A DNA stretch of 64,000 nucleotides from Raillietiella orientalis (lineage: Eukaryota): positions 186,001-250,000 of the forward strand of contig JAYWIR010000067.1 in the NCBI GenBank assembly GCA_036172245.1. Reading direction: 5' to 3'. The notes under the pieces are model-generated. The model had not been told where the DNA came from, made no database searches, and worked only from the letters and a program-made list of their open reading frames with translations. Below are positions 26,497 to 40,495 of this stretch, one piece after another. Position numbers and translations under genes: made by a program. Each line of letters starts with the position of its first letter. Position 1 is the stretch's first letter.

Positions 26497-28775
26497 TCAG
26501 AAGGGACGGCCCGATGGGGGAACTGAAACATTGAGAGCAACTCGATATAAGTCCGAATCTTAAAAAATTACCTCCTCGCATCATCCCTGGTGGAGGAGGT
26601 CGAAGACCTTGTGGAGCCGCCATTGGAGGAGGTGGAGCTGCTGGTCTTCCCATACCAGGAGGTATCCCTATTGCAGAGTAAGTATTTAGAACTTTTTACA
26701 TGATAAGTGTACCCATCATAGCCTGAGGTGGCATCATTGCACCCATTGGCATGGGAGAGCGCATTTGTGGTGGGGCTGCCACTTGTGGTCTCTGTCCAGG
26801 TGCCATCACTTGAGCACTAGGGCCTCCTATTCCTCTGACAGGTCCTGTCAATCCTAAGAGGGAGGTGCTATCCAATCACAGCAGATGGACAAACTGCTTA
26901 CCTGCTGGTGCTCCTGCAGCTCCAACAGGGATTCCTCTACCTGCTGCTCTTCCTAATCCTGGACCTGGGGCAGCTCCAGGCAAAGGCACACGGGGCATGC
27001 CTTCTTCTGCAGGAGGAGGACCCTCTACTGTCATTGATACGATATTTTGTCCTCTCAATAGGACCAAGCCCAAGACTCTCTTCTCCTCTCTTTCAACACT
27101 TTTCACATTCTTTGGCTTAATCTTTCGAAACTCTTCACAATCACCCAAAATAATGTTCATATGTTTATCAAACGCTAAAAGTAAAAACTAATATCTTATC
27201 TTAAAATACCACAGATATGACAAAATTCTACTGCACTTAACATTAGTATATTTAGGATTATATGACTAATATAAGTAGTCCGATTCTAAGTGTGAGAGTA
27301 CATTGCTCCAAAATATAAATTAAATGAATAAATGATTATTCTAATGTGGCATTCCACAGCATGAACACAAATGGAAACAAGTTTTCTTTCAATTGTAACA
27401 TTATGAAAACAAGGCAAAGAAATAACTTAAGGAAAAACTGGCTGTCAGTAACAGTTTTCAAAAAATTGCAGCAATCTAAGTTCAGGAAGAGATGATGGTT
27501 GGATTAGTCTCCAGACTTCTATTTAATTTAGTGTTTGCTTACATTCAATTTGATCAAATCATGATCAAAGATATCAAATTTTTTAATTCCATTCAAACAA
27601 AAACACTAGCCATCTTTAATGCCAACCATACTGGAAAGTTCTCATATAAATTTTGAACTTAATTGGCACATACACAACACACAACATAAATACATTATGA
27701 AAACTACTACCAAGCTTTGTACAGTAATTTCAAAGCAAATCAAGCATATGTTGCAACTTGGTTTCATCAAAAAAAAAAAAACAGTTCCGCATTAGTAGTC
27801 AGTGATGTAACAAATTCATAATGCCTCACACTCTTTTTTTGTTTCGTTTCTTTTAAAAATGGAAAATATTTAAATATCAATATCAAACTTAAAATCACCT
27901 TTGAAAGTCCCAATGAAGATTCTTGAATCCTGTAGGATGACTCGCATCCGATAGTTGATGTGCTGGAGCATCTTGTTGTTTTTGCCCACAGTCTACAAAA
28001 ATTTCACAAAAGATTTCAAAGTCAGAGAGTTTTTATGATGAAACTTTAATAATGAAACAAATTTGACTATGTTCGATTTCATTCTCTCCTTTCCAATAAT
28101 TAAACACGGTTTCTTCGAACGTTACACATTATGAGAAATTTAATGTCCTACAAAGCAAGAAAAGATCCAGGAAGTTTGCCATGTAAGTCAAGCACAGAAT
28201 TGAACGGTGATTCCACATAGTCTTCTTTTTAGAAAAAATCAAAAAATAAAAACAAACTACAGAAGAAATTTCCTCCTTATGTACGCACAGATGCAGCAGT
28301 CGACATGCATTTGAGAAACAGTCTGAAATGGAGTGCAGCCAATATCATGTCACGATGTTCATAAACTGATTTCCATCATTTTTCAAAATAATTAGGACTT
28401 AAAGCTGTGAATGCTTCCAACAAGCTCCATCTGGCTGGATTTTTTAATGAAGTCGATACTAATACAATATATACTTAAGAGATGTAAAAACCAAAAAACA
28501 ATAGCAGCCGTGAAAAAATTACAAAGTTGCCTTTCTTAGGTACGTCCCTCAAGGCTGCACACAGCATAAAATTAAAATACAAAATAGATTATGAACTTTT
28601 TTGGTAGGATAGAATTTGGGAACATCTGCAGCGGCAAATGAATTACATGTTGTCATTGTTCGCTTGAAATCAAAAGTTAATATTTAAAACTTTTAACTCC
28701 AATTTTTAACACTGCTTCTACATTCTTAAATTATATACAGTCACACCATCAAATGAACTGAAAAATACTCACCAT
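26497..28775 (-). CDS. SNRPB: Small nuclear ribonucleoprotein-associated protein B (SmB)
   Basis: Exons 28775-28773 (ATG only), 27992-27899, 27174-26902, 26853-26713, 26667-26572 and 26522-26497, all GT-AG and in frame. Protein [54 protein letters not shown]...[27 protein letters not shown]..., with a Pro/Gly/Met-rich tail ending GRPF*. Confidence 0.97.
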
Positions 28776-31484
28776 CCTGAATCAGATTTTGTACAATTCT
28801 TAAAAATAAGTTATCTAATTATTTACTTTTCTACCACACTTGCAACCCACGACTCAAACCGTGAAACATGAAACAGGGTAGCCAAGATGCTCCTTTGCTT
28901 CGTTTATTTCCTAGCTGACAAAATACTCTACACTTGATAAAATGACCGCCATCTAATGCAATTATGACCATCTATAAGTATTGTCAAAACAGTTGAGTAA
29001 TTTTGATAATGAAAAACTTATATCCTCAGGGATTTATCTGATTCCATCATGCTGCTTATGCCGTTTCCATCGTGCAATCAATCAGGAATCGTTTTTTTTA
29101 TCTACTGTTTTTTCATAGATTGTGATTTTCATTATGCAAAAAAGTCCCTTTCTTATCCCAACGCAAATATAGCCTGTAATATAGTTTAATTTGAAATAAA
29201 TTTCAGAATAAAATTGTACTTTATAAATCCAACTTGCATGTATATTACGACTCCTGGTCAGCAATCAGCTGCTTGCCAAGATCAAAATAAATAACTTGGA
29301 CACACGAATATATAGCTAGATTAAGAAATTCCAGGAATTCTGATCCTATCTGTGGTTGGGATAATTCAAGCACACGAATGAATAATGAGGGATCTGCAGA
29401 AGCTTGTAATATAACCCATGATTTCTGTCTTCTTTTCGCACTATATTTCCAATTGAATAATGCTACATTTTTCACTTGATGAAAATACGCCCTGATTGGA
29501 TCAAGCTTATCCCTTTCACAATTATTTGAATTCGACACATTTTACTCATCTAGAAACAGTGACTTAGAATTCATACGAACTGAACTTGAAGAATGAGGAG
29601 GTGCATTGCAGAATCAGAAAATGAAGCATAACGAGGGATCAGCTTATTAAGCATCTTGTCAAAAGAAGAGATTAAAGGAATTCAAAGTTTCAAGCACTGC
29701 GATGAAAGCTCTTAAAAAACAGCTCATTTTCAAGTTTTCAATCCAGTCTACAAATCCAGTTCCGGGAAGATAAGGATGGTGTACTGTAATATTTTGTTTA
29801 ATTTCAGTATCAGAAGAAAATTTATAGAATGAACTTTTGCATAAAGTTACAAATGACAGACAGATTGGTAAAAAACGTTTTCATCAGTGTTGGTTGATGA
29901 TCTGAAAAGGAAGTCACAATTCTATAAATAAAAGAAAAATTAAGGAAATCATGAAATGGACTTTTACCAACATGAAATCGATGCTTTGGGGATGATTTCT
30001 TTTTTTTAATTAAATATGATACAAGCATGAGACATGAATTTATTAAGAGGAATCTGTAGAGGCTGTTGAATAGTTACATCTATTTTGAGTTCATGATACT
30101 TAGGGAAAAAAAACTGAGTTCCCCTCATGTATAATGCTAATCTTTGTCTGCTTGGAATTAGAAATTAAAAAAAATTCACTCATAAAGAATTCAAAATTCT
30201 CTGATGTATTACGTCAGAAGAAAAGTTTCGAGGATTTCGTTAATTTTATAGACTTCCTGGAAACATAGAACAAGAGACTTCTTGTATTGAGAGTACAGAT
30301 CTATTACTACAGTCCACAGTAGACTATCACAGGCAGGCAACATAGAGGCCTTTAGTATACATGACAATGGATTTAGCAGAAGATGCAATTCGTACTACTC
30401 TCGCCTATGAATCCGTCAATCAGAAACGTAATCTAATGCATTAAAATTAATATAACTAGGATTTTAAAATAGAAAAATCTATAAGTGCCGTTCCTGGATA
30501 TATTAATTAAATAGACAAATCATTAAGAAAGCTAGAAGTCTCCAATACGACTTAACAAAAAGATGAAAACTTTCTTGATCTCTTAGAAGACTAACAATTT
30601 TTGGTTTAAGTCATGCTGTTAGAATTCATGTAATGATCATTGAATTTATTGAATTTAATTGAATGAATTTATTTGTAAATCATTGAATTCCATCTTCGCT
30701 CACTCGACCTTCCTTGATATATCCTGTATATTGTTTTTTGAACAATCGACTCGCTTTTGATGACTTCGATAGAATCTAAAAATGAATGGATTAAGTAAGA
30801 CTGAAAACATATTAAACTTATTGATTAACGAAGAATGAATGGAATTTTTCAGATATTCAATACAGATATACAAAAGGAACTGGAGTTCCAAAAGCGTTTA
30901 CCAAAATCGTCAATTGAAATCTGATTTCCACCTGGAAATTTTCTCCCAAGGTTTTACCAAGGCTTTCTGAAAAAACTCTAGTCTCAAGCGATTCATGCAT
31001 GCATGCAATATCCATTTGACGCTCTTTATTTCATTTTCAAAATGCGTTTATGGAAAATTTTTTAAACAAGGGAATCTGAAATCATAAGAATGCTTTTGTA
31101 AACCCACTTTCTTGTCATCTGTTTTGCACACCAAAATGTGTGCGTTTTTATTTATTTTAAACTTTAAGAATCAATGCTGTAAAAATGTGAATAAAATGAT
31201 GCAAATAAAAGCATTGATTGAAAATTTGTATTACTGTATGAAAATTCTATGATTCTAAGTTCCGTATTTAATAAAAATGGCCTGCTACAATTTCCGATTA
31301 CCATATTCTAGAAATTTTTCGAGTGACGGATCTGGCAGTACTGTCTTGATCTCGTTTGAACCTACGTGCGTTGTGTTGCAGGTGATCCGTGCTAGATATG
31401 TTCAAAAAACAAAGGTATATCGTATTTAAAAGTTAAAAACATATGTTAGTGTTAACATTGTAATCAAGACAAGAAGTTGGAACA

Positions 31485-33361
31485 ATGTTGAAAAGCTTAA
31501 CGTGTTTTAATATTATTAAAACAGTTGCTATCAGTGCAAGTGTCTGGACAGGTTATAGGCTTATAATAATGATTAGAATTGCCCTTCACAATTACATATG
31601 TGAAAGAAAAGCAAACCAAAATGCCAACTTCGAATCTCTTCCTGTTGAAGAAAAAGTGAGAAAAGTCTTAGAAGGTCTGGATGCCGATTTATCCGAAGTC
31701 TTATTCTTCCCTGATAAAGGCATTACTTGCAATCAAATGGAGCGATGCTGCAAGAAAGAATGTAAACTATTGCATTCCGAAACAAATTTTCTGTAAGAAT
31801 ACTTTTAAGTGATACTTTTTTAGAAATTGTTGGCATAAGCTTTCTATATATCTGCAGCATACATGTCGAAGTAATTCTAATGCGAATGACTGAATCGAAA
31901 AATGTTCATAAAGTAAGCGTGGTTACTAAGTAATCCATTATTAGATGGTAATCATAACGTATTACACATCCTCAATATTTGGTGAACATCAGCATCTGTT
32001 ATGAGATAACAGACTAGACGGATAATTTTAAAATATTTATAAGGAAAACAAGTTTCAAATCACTTATTTGAATGTTTTTTTAATTTTCACACATTAGTTT
32101 ATTATGTTTATGCTGCTTGAGATCCTGCTTTTCAAAATATTTATCACAGTATAAAAATGGCTTCAGCCTTTTACTTTATCTTCAGTCCACATCAATAATT
32201 TGTGATCTATCCATGCCAGAGTACTATCTGTTAGTATCTAAGCATCTTCATTCATAAGCAAGAGATTGCCACCAATTAGTACTGTTTATATCATTTGGAG
32301 ATTTTCATATTAAGAGATCAGTACTTCTGCTTTGAAGTTCTCTGAATTGTATTTATGATAGAAAGTTTTATTGTAATATTACAATAAATATATGTTTGTT
32401 GCAGTTTTGTATATCATTTTTTTAATTTGTGTGATTGCATGAATTTGTATTTTTATATTTGATTCAAACTTACTACATTCTTATTTACCCAATGTTAAAA
32501 TATTTCTGAATGATATTAACAAGTAAGGAGAAGGTATTCTGCAACTCATTGTGAGATTAAAAGTAAGAACTTTAAAATGAAAGGAAATTGTACTAATAAT
32601 TTCAATAGGTTTTTACAAAAATACTGTGAACGAAATACTTATTTGTTTTAAATAAAATTACAACAAATTTTTATTTCTTTAAAAAGAGTTTAATGAATTT
32701 GAGTATGTCAAAAGTCTTGTTATGTAGATAAGATCAGTCGAAAACAAAATCAGAATTGTGCATTTAAGTTAAAGTGAGTCCTGGTTGAATAATAAAACTT
32801 TGTTTTTTAATAACATAAGCAGAAAATTAAATACTTCAAGTCTTGAACCATGTTTTCATTTGTTGATAGTAAATGAACTTTAAGTCCTTGGTGTACCTTT
32901 TTAGGAAATTTAGAAATTGTTTGTCAGAGACGAAAGCAACATTGGACATTTGCATTTATGTTTTTACATGCAAGGAACTTGCGAATGTCTTAATAAATCT
33001 GAATGATCAAGGAGTTATCATAAGAGTTATAACAGACCAAAATCAAGCTCAAGATTTGTCATCACAAATACCGATTCTTATGAAGCATGGTACATTGCTA
33101 AAATTTTTGAGAGAATGGAAATTGAAGTTCATTTTAGGCATAAGAGTGAAATTTCCTAGCAATGCATATTTAATGCATCATAAATTTGCCCTGTTGGACA
33201 ATACTGTTTTATTGAATGGTTCCCTGAACTGGACTCTCAATGCAATAATTGGAAATAAAGAAAATGTAATTTTGACAAATAATAAAGTGTTTGTATCAAA
33301 TTTCGCATCCATGTTTGTAAACCTGTGGCAGGAGGAAACTGGTAAGGTTCTTGATTGTTGA
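31485..33361 (+). CDS. PLD6: PLD6 / MitoPLD / Zucchini-like phospholipase D-family nuclease
   Basis: Exons 31485-31792, 32905-33089 and 33138-33361. Features: N-terminal hydrophobic anchor, EVLFFPD followed by a Cys/His zinc-wing-like segment, LDICIYVFT, and a single HKD motif MHHKFALLD...NGSLNWT...GNKEN. A possible donor near 33341 makes the extreme C-terminus uncertain. Confidence 0.92.
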
Positions 33362-35974
33362 TGTCTTAAATTTGACCAAAGGGTTATCATTTACAGAGTT
33401 CTATTTATTATGGCTTATTGTTTTGTAATTATTACAGTGAACTTATGTCTTGAGATGAACAAACTATACAAGCAATTTTGCAATTAAGGGTTTCAGCAGA
33501 TGCAAATAATGCTCATGTATTTGTTTTTCTGGTTCCCCACAACCTGGAACAGTTGACTTTTCTGTTGATACAGTTAAAAGATTGACAGTCATGTGGGATA
33601 CATTCTTAATCTGAAAGAATATGTAAACATAGGTAAATTTGCCCATTTTTCGATATGAGGAGGTCATGACTTTGGAATTTTTATGATGGCATTTGAACAA
33701 TGTGTTTCCTGGATTTCAAGCATAGTTGCAGTCGTGCATTTTTGATTCCCCCATTATAACTCCCACATAATTTCTTACAGGAAACGAATGTTAATCATCC
33801 GCAGTTTAATGATTTTGTTATGATCAAGTCTCACTTTCAAATATGCTTGGAGATAATGTGGAGCATCGATACAACTTTTTGTAATACACGTTTTGGGGCA
33901 TGCACAAAGGAGTTCGAATTTCTTTTCGCTCCAGCACAATAAAGCCATGTTCTCCAGTTTTATGATCCATCGAATTTCGTGACAACTCTTTAGTTCAGAG
34001 AGGAATGCTGTTTCCACAGCAGACTTGCATTTTGTGCTAGCGTGCCATCACTTTTGCTGCATCAGCATTCACAAAAGTGGAGGCTTTGATAGCAGTTGGT
34101 ATCAATTGACTAACTCGAAAGTTTGGTTACCCTTCATGCATGTATGGGAACCCTTTGGAAATCAGTCACATTTCAAAGTTGGCAATTTGTAACCCCTGCA
34201 ACAGCTAAGCAGATGCAAATTGCAGGGCATATATTAAAAAAAAAAAAAAATTTCGCCTTACTTCGGACCAGATCTCGAAACTTTATTTATACATTACCCC
34301 TGTGCCAAACAGTAGAATTCGGGAAGAATAAAAATAGCTCTCGCAGATATCGAGATTCCTACATGTCGAAGAAGGCGGCAGCTGCTGCTTTTTAAAATAA
34401 ATCCCCAGCACTTTGGGAACGTTCCGACACCAGCCTTCAGTAGATCTTGTGACATTAAAGCTTGGCTCTTAAGGGGCTGGGTCTATGCAGTCAAGCAGCC
34501 TTTTCGCCCGAAAGGAAGTTTGGATGCGATTTTTTGGATTTTCTAATTGTCAAGAGGGGATTCCGACAACAGTCGGCACTGTCACTGCAGTGTTCTTTTA
34601 TGGTCATCAATTTGTGTTGGAACTGGGACACGGTCGTTTTTTTTGGGTGGGGGGGCTGCCGTTCATTTTACACTCGGTCCTCCGGCTGGATCATTCGGTT
34701 CAGTCAGGTATCATTCCCCATATTTGTTGTTGAGTACGGAAATCGTGGTTTGCCGTCGTATATCAGCTCTCCTCAAGATTCCCCCCCCCCTTCTATTCGT
34801 TCATACTGTTTGATGTTTGATTGCTGCGAAAAATGTGTGAGTCAAATAGAAATTTCATGAACTTGCTTAAATTTTGGTAACTATTTCAGATCCTGAACTC
34901 AAAGTGCTTTGAGTAAGATTTAGATAATCTTCGCAAGTTCAGAAATGTATTAAGGAAGAAACGAAAGGTTATTGCTATTTACACAAGCAAGAAAAAATGT
35001 AATGGATTTAGCCCAAGCAAACTTTTTCGATGGCAAAAGTTTTGCATTCGTGTTTTTTCTTTTTTTTTTTTTTTTCCTCTTCTTGTTTTTCCTGGGAGAA
35101 AGTAAATCAAACCTTTTTCCAAAATAAAATTGTCCGATATTGGGACAAACCAGTATTGTGAGAAGCAAAGTTCAAAAGCGGGTTCCACAGTAAACAAATA
35201 GGAGTCCTTTATTCGAAACCCCTTTATGCATCACCGGAGGTCGCGATGTATTACAAATGTGGACGAATCAAAATAGGAGACCATGCAGCAGTCTCTCTTT
35301 AGAAAGGTAAAAACGAAAAAACGAAGGCAGACTGGAAGCCGCATTCACAGCCTATCAATGCATCTTCATTACTAATGGTTGGCTACTGTTTGTTTAGCAA
35401 TTTCGCTGATCAGCTCGTTGAGTGCTTCAAGAAGCACGCCTGCTGGAAACCTCTTACAGCGCCTCGCCCATGTGAAATTTTTCGTGTTTGGGAAAGCCAC
35501 AGCCCTCCTGGGCAGCTCTTCCTGAAAGCCACTAGCGTAAAGACACGCTAAATCGCCCCGCCATAGCAGTTCTGCTTCCCGTGGGTTCGGTGTTTCTGTT
35601 CTTTCACGGCCTCTTTCGTGGTTGGAAAATCCAGCTGGCCAGCATTGGAGTCGGAGGACGTGCCACCACGAATCTGCACAGGTTTCCAATCAGGCTTGCC
35701 AGTCGTTTCAGTTCGTGGCTTTGCTTCAGCCGAATTTTGCATTCCTGTCCTCAGGTTGTTACGACGCCGAGGCTTTTTTTTTTTTTTTCCCCTGCAATCA
35801 ACAAGTCATTCCAGCAGTGCACACGTGCAGACTCACTGTCGCCCAAAGGATGGAACTTATTTGGCCTGGCTTGAGCCATTCGTCAGAAGACCGCCTTATC
35901 ACCTTGATTAGATTATCCGAGTACGATGCAAATACATCTCCGGAATTTGCTGACTTTCGTGCATATGTCCGTTT

Positions 35975-38139
35975 CCAAACAGGCGGAAGCCCCAACTTGA
36001 ATATGCAAGCAGCGCTGAAGATGCCGTGTGCAGTTTCCGGGCACTGACAAATCGTGCTGCTCTTATCGAGAAGCCGCTCCGTACGATACTTGTTTGGGGT
36101 GGCGGAGGACAGTACGGTCTTTGATGAGTGCTATCCGCGGGGAGTGAACAGGAACGGAGTCTGAACAAAGGGAACCATGAGGGCTTCTTTGTGAACCTAA
36201 TGGCAGTAGCCCATGCCTTCATACGGCACGAAGATCTTTAGCGAGAAAATGGAACCTATTCGGATGATGGTTTTAAGATGTGCTTAATCATTCAGAATGT
36301 CCCGATAGATTAGTTTTCTGCATTGCCAAGTCTTCCGACTAGTAGGAAGAGAAATTACATTTCGGGGCTCTCACCAGAGGATGATAAGTACTGTCGCCAG
36401 TCCTAGAAAGTAAGGCACTCTTTCTCTAAACCCTTTATTTGATTATCTCTAAACAGTTGCTTTCTTATCCGGTTTCAAGCATGCGAAACAGACTTTCAAG
36501 ACTTGCAAGTCTTTTTTTGTCTTTGGTGCATAAAAAGAGCTTGCGCGTTTCCAGATGGAAGCGCCGGCACTTTCTGAGTAAAACTGCCGAAAATCCCTTT
36601 CCTACTGTTTCCGTAATTTCGTTTCGTGCACAGTCAACATTCTCGAGAGAATTCGTCATTTCTCGTGTCCAAATTCAGAATGGTGCTTATCCCCACTTCC
36701 ATGAAATCCCCAACAGCCAAGAAAATTCAACTCATGCCGCGCCCAAGAATCCCGAACAGTTGCGAAAGAGAAACGAAAAGATGCTCTTTTCCTGAACTTA
36801 TTGGATTCCTTCAGCCAATTTTAGGATATCTTGGTGCTACATGCTTCCAAGCAGTGTCCATTAATTCTTTAATGAAAAGCAAATTGTGGCATCTGCACCA
36901 TCACAAAACCCTGAGATCAGTCCCTCCTGAGAAGCTTCCGATGCCAAGCTTCATGAATGATGGAACCAACGAATAACTTTCCGAGTCTGCGACACAAAAT
37001 GGCAATTCGCAATTTGTTTTGCACGAATTATTTTCCGCGCAGCTGCGATTTCCAGTATTCCTTCTCGTCGAAGCACGGCTCCTCGTCTGGAATTTCGTTT
37101 GCACCGATTTGCAGACGTATCGGAACCACAGAGAAATCACGAAACCGTAAACTAACGGGTTTGAAAGTGTCGAAAACAGGACAGAACAGCAACAAGTCAT
37201 CGTAGCTTTATGTTCATACATCCCTGTCAACCATGTCCTCTACTGCTTATGCACCAGCTCTTTCAACACTTTGTCCTGGAAGACTTTCAGTACCGCTGAA
37301 AATAAGGTGCGCTTTCCACGAATGGGTGAATTTTTTGACTGATAGAGAGCTTGAAGCTCATACAAATCGCAACAGTCGAGGTTATTATTCTGTCAGGAAA
37401 CATCGAAAGTGTCAATTGGCCAGTCTTGTAGTTGATAACTGCCATCTACTCTTTGTTCGTAATGATCTCTTCAGCGTTACTATTAGACAACGATACATTT
37501 ACGAAATGAGAATAAGGCAAAAACTAATGAAATGATTGCTGCCGCTGTTGCAGAGATCTTAAGAAAACACACGTTCTGCTTAAATTAGTGGTTGCAACAG
37601 CTCAAACGCTCATTAATGACTGCTTTTTCATTTGATAAATTGGTTTAAACTTGTTTAACGGTTTCGAACTACTGCACGAACGAAAATTTATCCTTTTCAG
37701 GTAGGATCCTAGAAGGAGCGATTCTTCAGCGTCAAAATGAGAAGTCCCTTTTGTGCCGAAATCTTCGCGGTTGGCACTTCTAAATGAAAAAAGCATTTTC
37801 GAGAAATTGACTGCACAAACCGAATTTTACTTAATTGTAGTTTTCTGACATGGAAGCGGATGAAAACAAGAAAATCAAGCATCTGTATCCAAATTGCCTT
37901 ACGCTCGATGATTTTATTGGTTTTTTCCCAGTGGCTACAGGACAAGCAATCTATTGTATGAGTTAAGCTGCTTTTACATAAAACTCAAGGATATTTTCCT
38001 CAAGTGGATACAATTTCTACTGCCTAAACAACTTCAACTTTTCGGAAGCTGCTATGATGCACCCCAACCAGACAGTAGACCCAACTTGAATATGCAAACA
38101 GCGCTGACGTTGCTGTGTGCAATTTCCGGCCGCTGTCAA
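35975..38139 (+). repeat. Dispersed ~76-bp direct repeat, copies at 35975-36050 and 38064-38139
   Basis: Core CCCAACTTGAATATGCAARCAGCGCTGA.G.TGCYGTGTGCARTTTCCGG..RCTG.CAA is present twice between PLD6 and RNF41. Confidence 0.8.
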
Positions 38140-40495
38140 GTTATGTGGATGTCCTCATTTTCCGAAATATTTGATTTGAAACACCACCATTCCTCATTCA
38201 AGAGGTTTGCTGTTCACGTTTTATATGCTGAATAAAGGGCCTAAAGGTTTTGATGTATTTCTCAAGGATAAATAGGTGCTCTCATTTTGCACCACCTTAA
38301 TGACTTTTTCTAGGAAGATTGCTTCAGACAAGATTGCTTTAGATTTTCTGGGAAGACATCTAACTGCTTTAGGAGTCTCTTGGACTGCGTGACCAGTCTA
38401 GGAGACGGCAAACTAAAACAGTCAGTTGTGTTTGCTTTATAGACGCCAGAATTACAAAGAGCAAGCTTAAAATAAAGAGCCTCTAGGCAACCAGTTTAGA
38501 TAAACTCTTGTTTTTATCTTAACTGGATTTAATTGCTGTTGGGAAGATTTGGACTTTAAATATTTAGGAAGGCTTTTCACTGGAAATAAAATAATCGGCA
38601 TTTTCTTATTCGAAAAAATGTGCTTTTCTTTCAATAGTCTATTAAAATGCTTTTCCATGAGGAAACAAAGTTGATTCACTAAAATATAAATGCAGATGAG
38701 TTTAGCCATCTGTATCTGATTTTCGCTAGAAAGAACCAAACCAACTTTTGTTACGAAAAGCAAGACATGTTAAAAGATCAATCGATTCTTTCTGTTTCCT
38801 CGATATAATTCAGTTACTCTAATTAAGTTATATACAAAGATTTTATTCAGGTCTCTGAATTATCAATGAACAGATTTCTCTTTTTCCTTTTTCAACGCTA
38901 GACGTCCAGAGAATTGAAAATAAAAACTGTGAGTTTTTGTTTGAAATTATCGAAGAATGGTTTTCATTCTCTACGCAAAGAAGAATAAACATGCCTAAAG
39001 GCTTATGAGAATTTATCAATTCAAAGAAATGAAGTACCAGCATGGTTGGTTCACGTATATCTATAGGCACACACACATATATGCCTGTTGAGATTTCAAT
39101 TCACATGCAAATGTGTTCTGTAAACAGATTTAATTCCCTTTTATTTTTATCATCCATCAGTGTTTTCTTCATAAAGTATAGATTGTGGCATAGAATAAAT
39201 GTCGAATGAATGCAATGCAAGTATTTTCATGCATACCAATCTCAGTTGCAGGAAATGCCCATCAGAAATCATAGCTGATGACTTCTGCAAGCGTGCCAGA
39301 ACTCCCTTTTTTGCGCAACGGTGCCACCGCAATCAAATTTCCTGAATTCAAAGTCCTGGAATTAATAAGTGTTACATATCTTTTCAGTTTCCTTCAATTT
39401 TGGAATCCTTCGATTATTTGAAATTGTCTTGATGCCAAATTCCTATTTGATTATCATTTGCATTGGGCTTGGCAATCTGTACCTGAAGCAGTGGCTAATG
39501 CAAAGGGATATGTTATAGTTAGGGAATGGTGACTTGGTACGGAGTCTGTGTCATTGCTTTCCATGTAATTGTAGAATGAATCTCAGGATTAACATCCCAA
39601 ATCAATATTGCTTAAGTTGTTTATGGTTGGTATGCGTGCTTTTTAAATCAAAATCAAATTTTGCAAATAGTAGTATTTACCATCAGCGTGCGGGAAGCGC
39701 GTCCAAATTGCCAGAGTATTTCTGTTGGTTGTTCGTTTTTAAAGTTATCCCAAAATTTGTTCGAGTTATCAGTAATTTATCCGCACTGTTGAATTTTTCA
39801 GCGTTAATTACCCACAAGAAAGTTTTCATTAATTATTGCTCCCAAATAACTTGGACATCTGGCAAGTAGTCCAAACTTGCAGTTGAAGCAGTCTTAAAAA
39901 AACAAAAATTATGTGAATAGTAAGTATATTCACATCAATTTTGCAAGGTTGTCAGACATTTGGGGCTCATTTTACTCAAATGTTAACGTTTGAGTACAGT
40001 GTGCGTCTTCTAAACTATCAACAGCCAGATTTTTTAATGACTTGTGAAAGGTGTGTCTTTGAAGTGACGATTCGTTTTGTGCCTGACATATGCAGTGTGC
40101 ATGGCATGATTAACGATTTAATTGCTGGTATGGTTAGTTCAATGGCTCGCAAAATAGTTAATTATGTATGAACTGTTTGTACGGATTTTTTTTTTTTTTG
40201 AAAGGCTGCATCTCAAATTGTTCCGTCTTAAGTAGTACTTCAACAAACATGTGTTACACTCATTACTTGTGAAAGCATTTTTCAAGTGCCTTATCTGTTT
40301 TTGTGGTCGTTTGTATGAAAGTGTGTTATATATTTCTTGTGTACAGTGCAATGTTAATATAAGGGATTTATTATCTGCTAAATGTTTTAAAATATTTTAC
40401 TGATTTATTCGTGTATCATTTTTATAACTGAGATTAATTTCAAAAGTATCGACTTGATTCTGCACTTTGCAGTACATGGAGCATGAGTCTTTGTC

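Noticed and set aside
29245..29538. DKLDPIRAYF resembles a piggyBac transposase motif
   Set aside because: The downstream motifs expected in piggyBac (IDE, KPxKYG) are absent.
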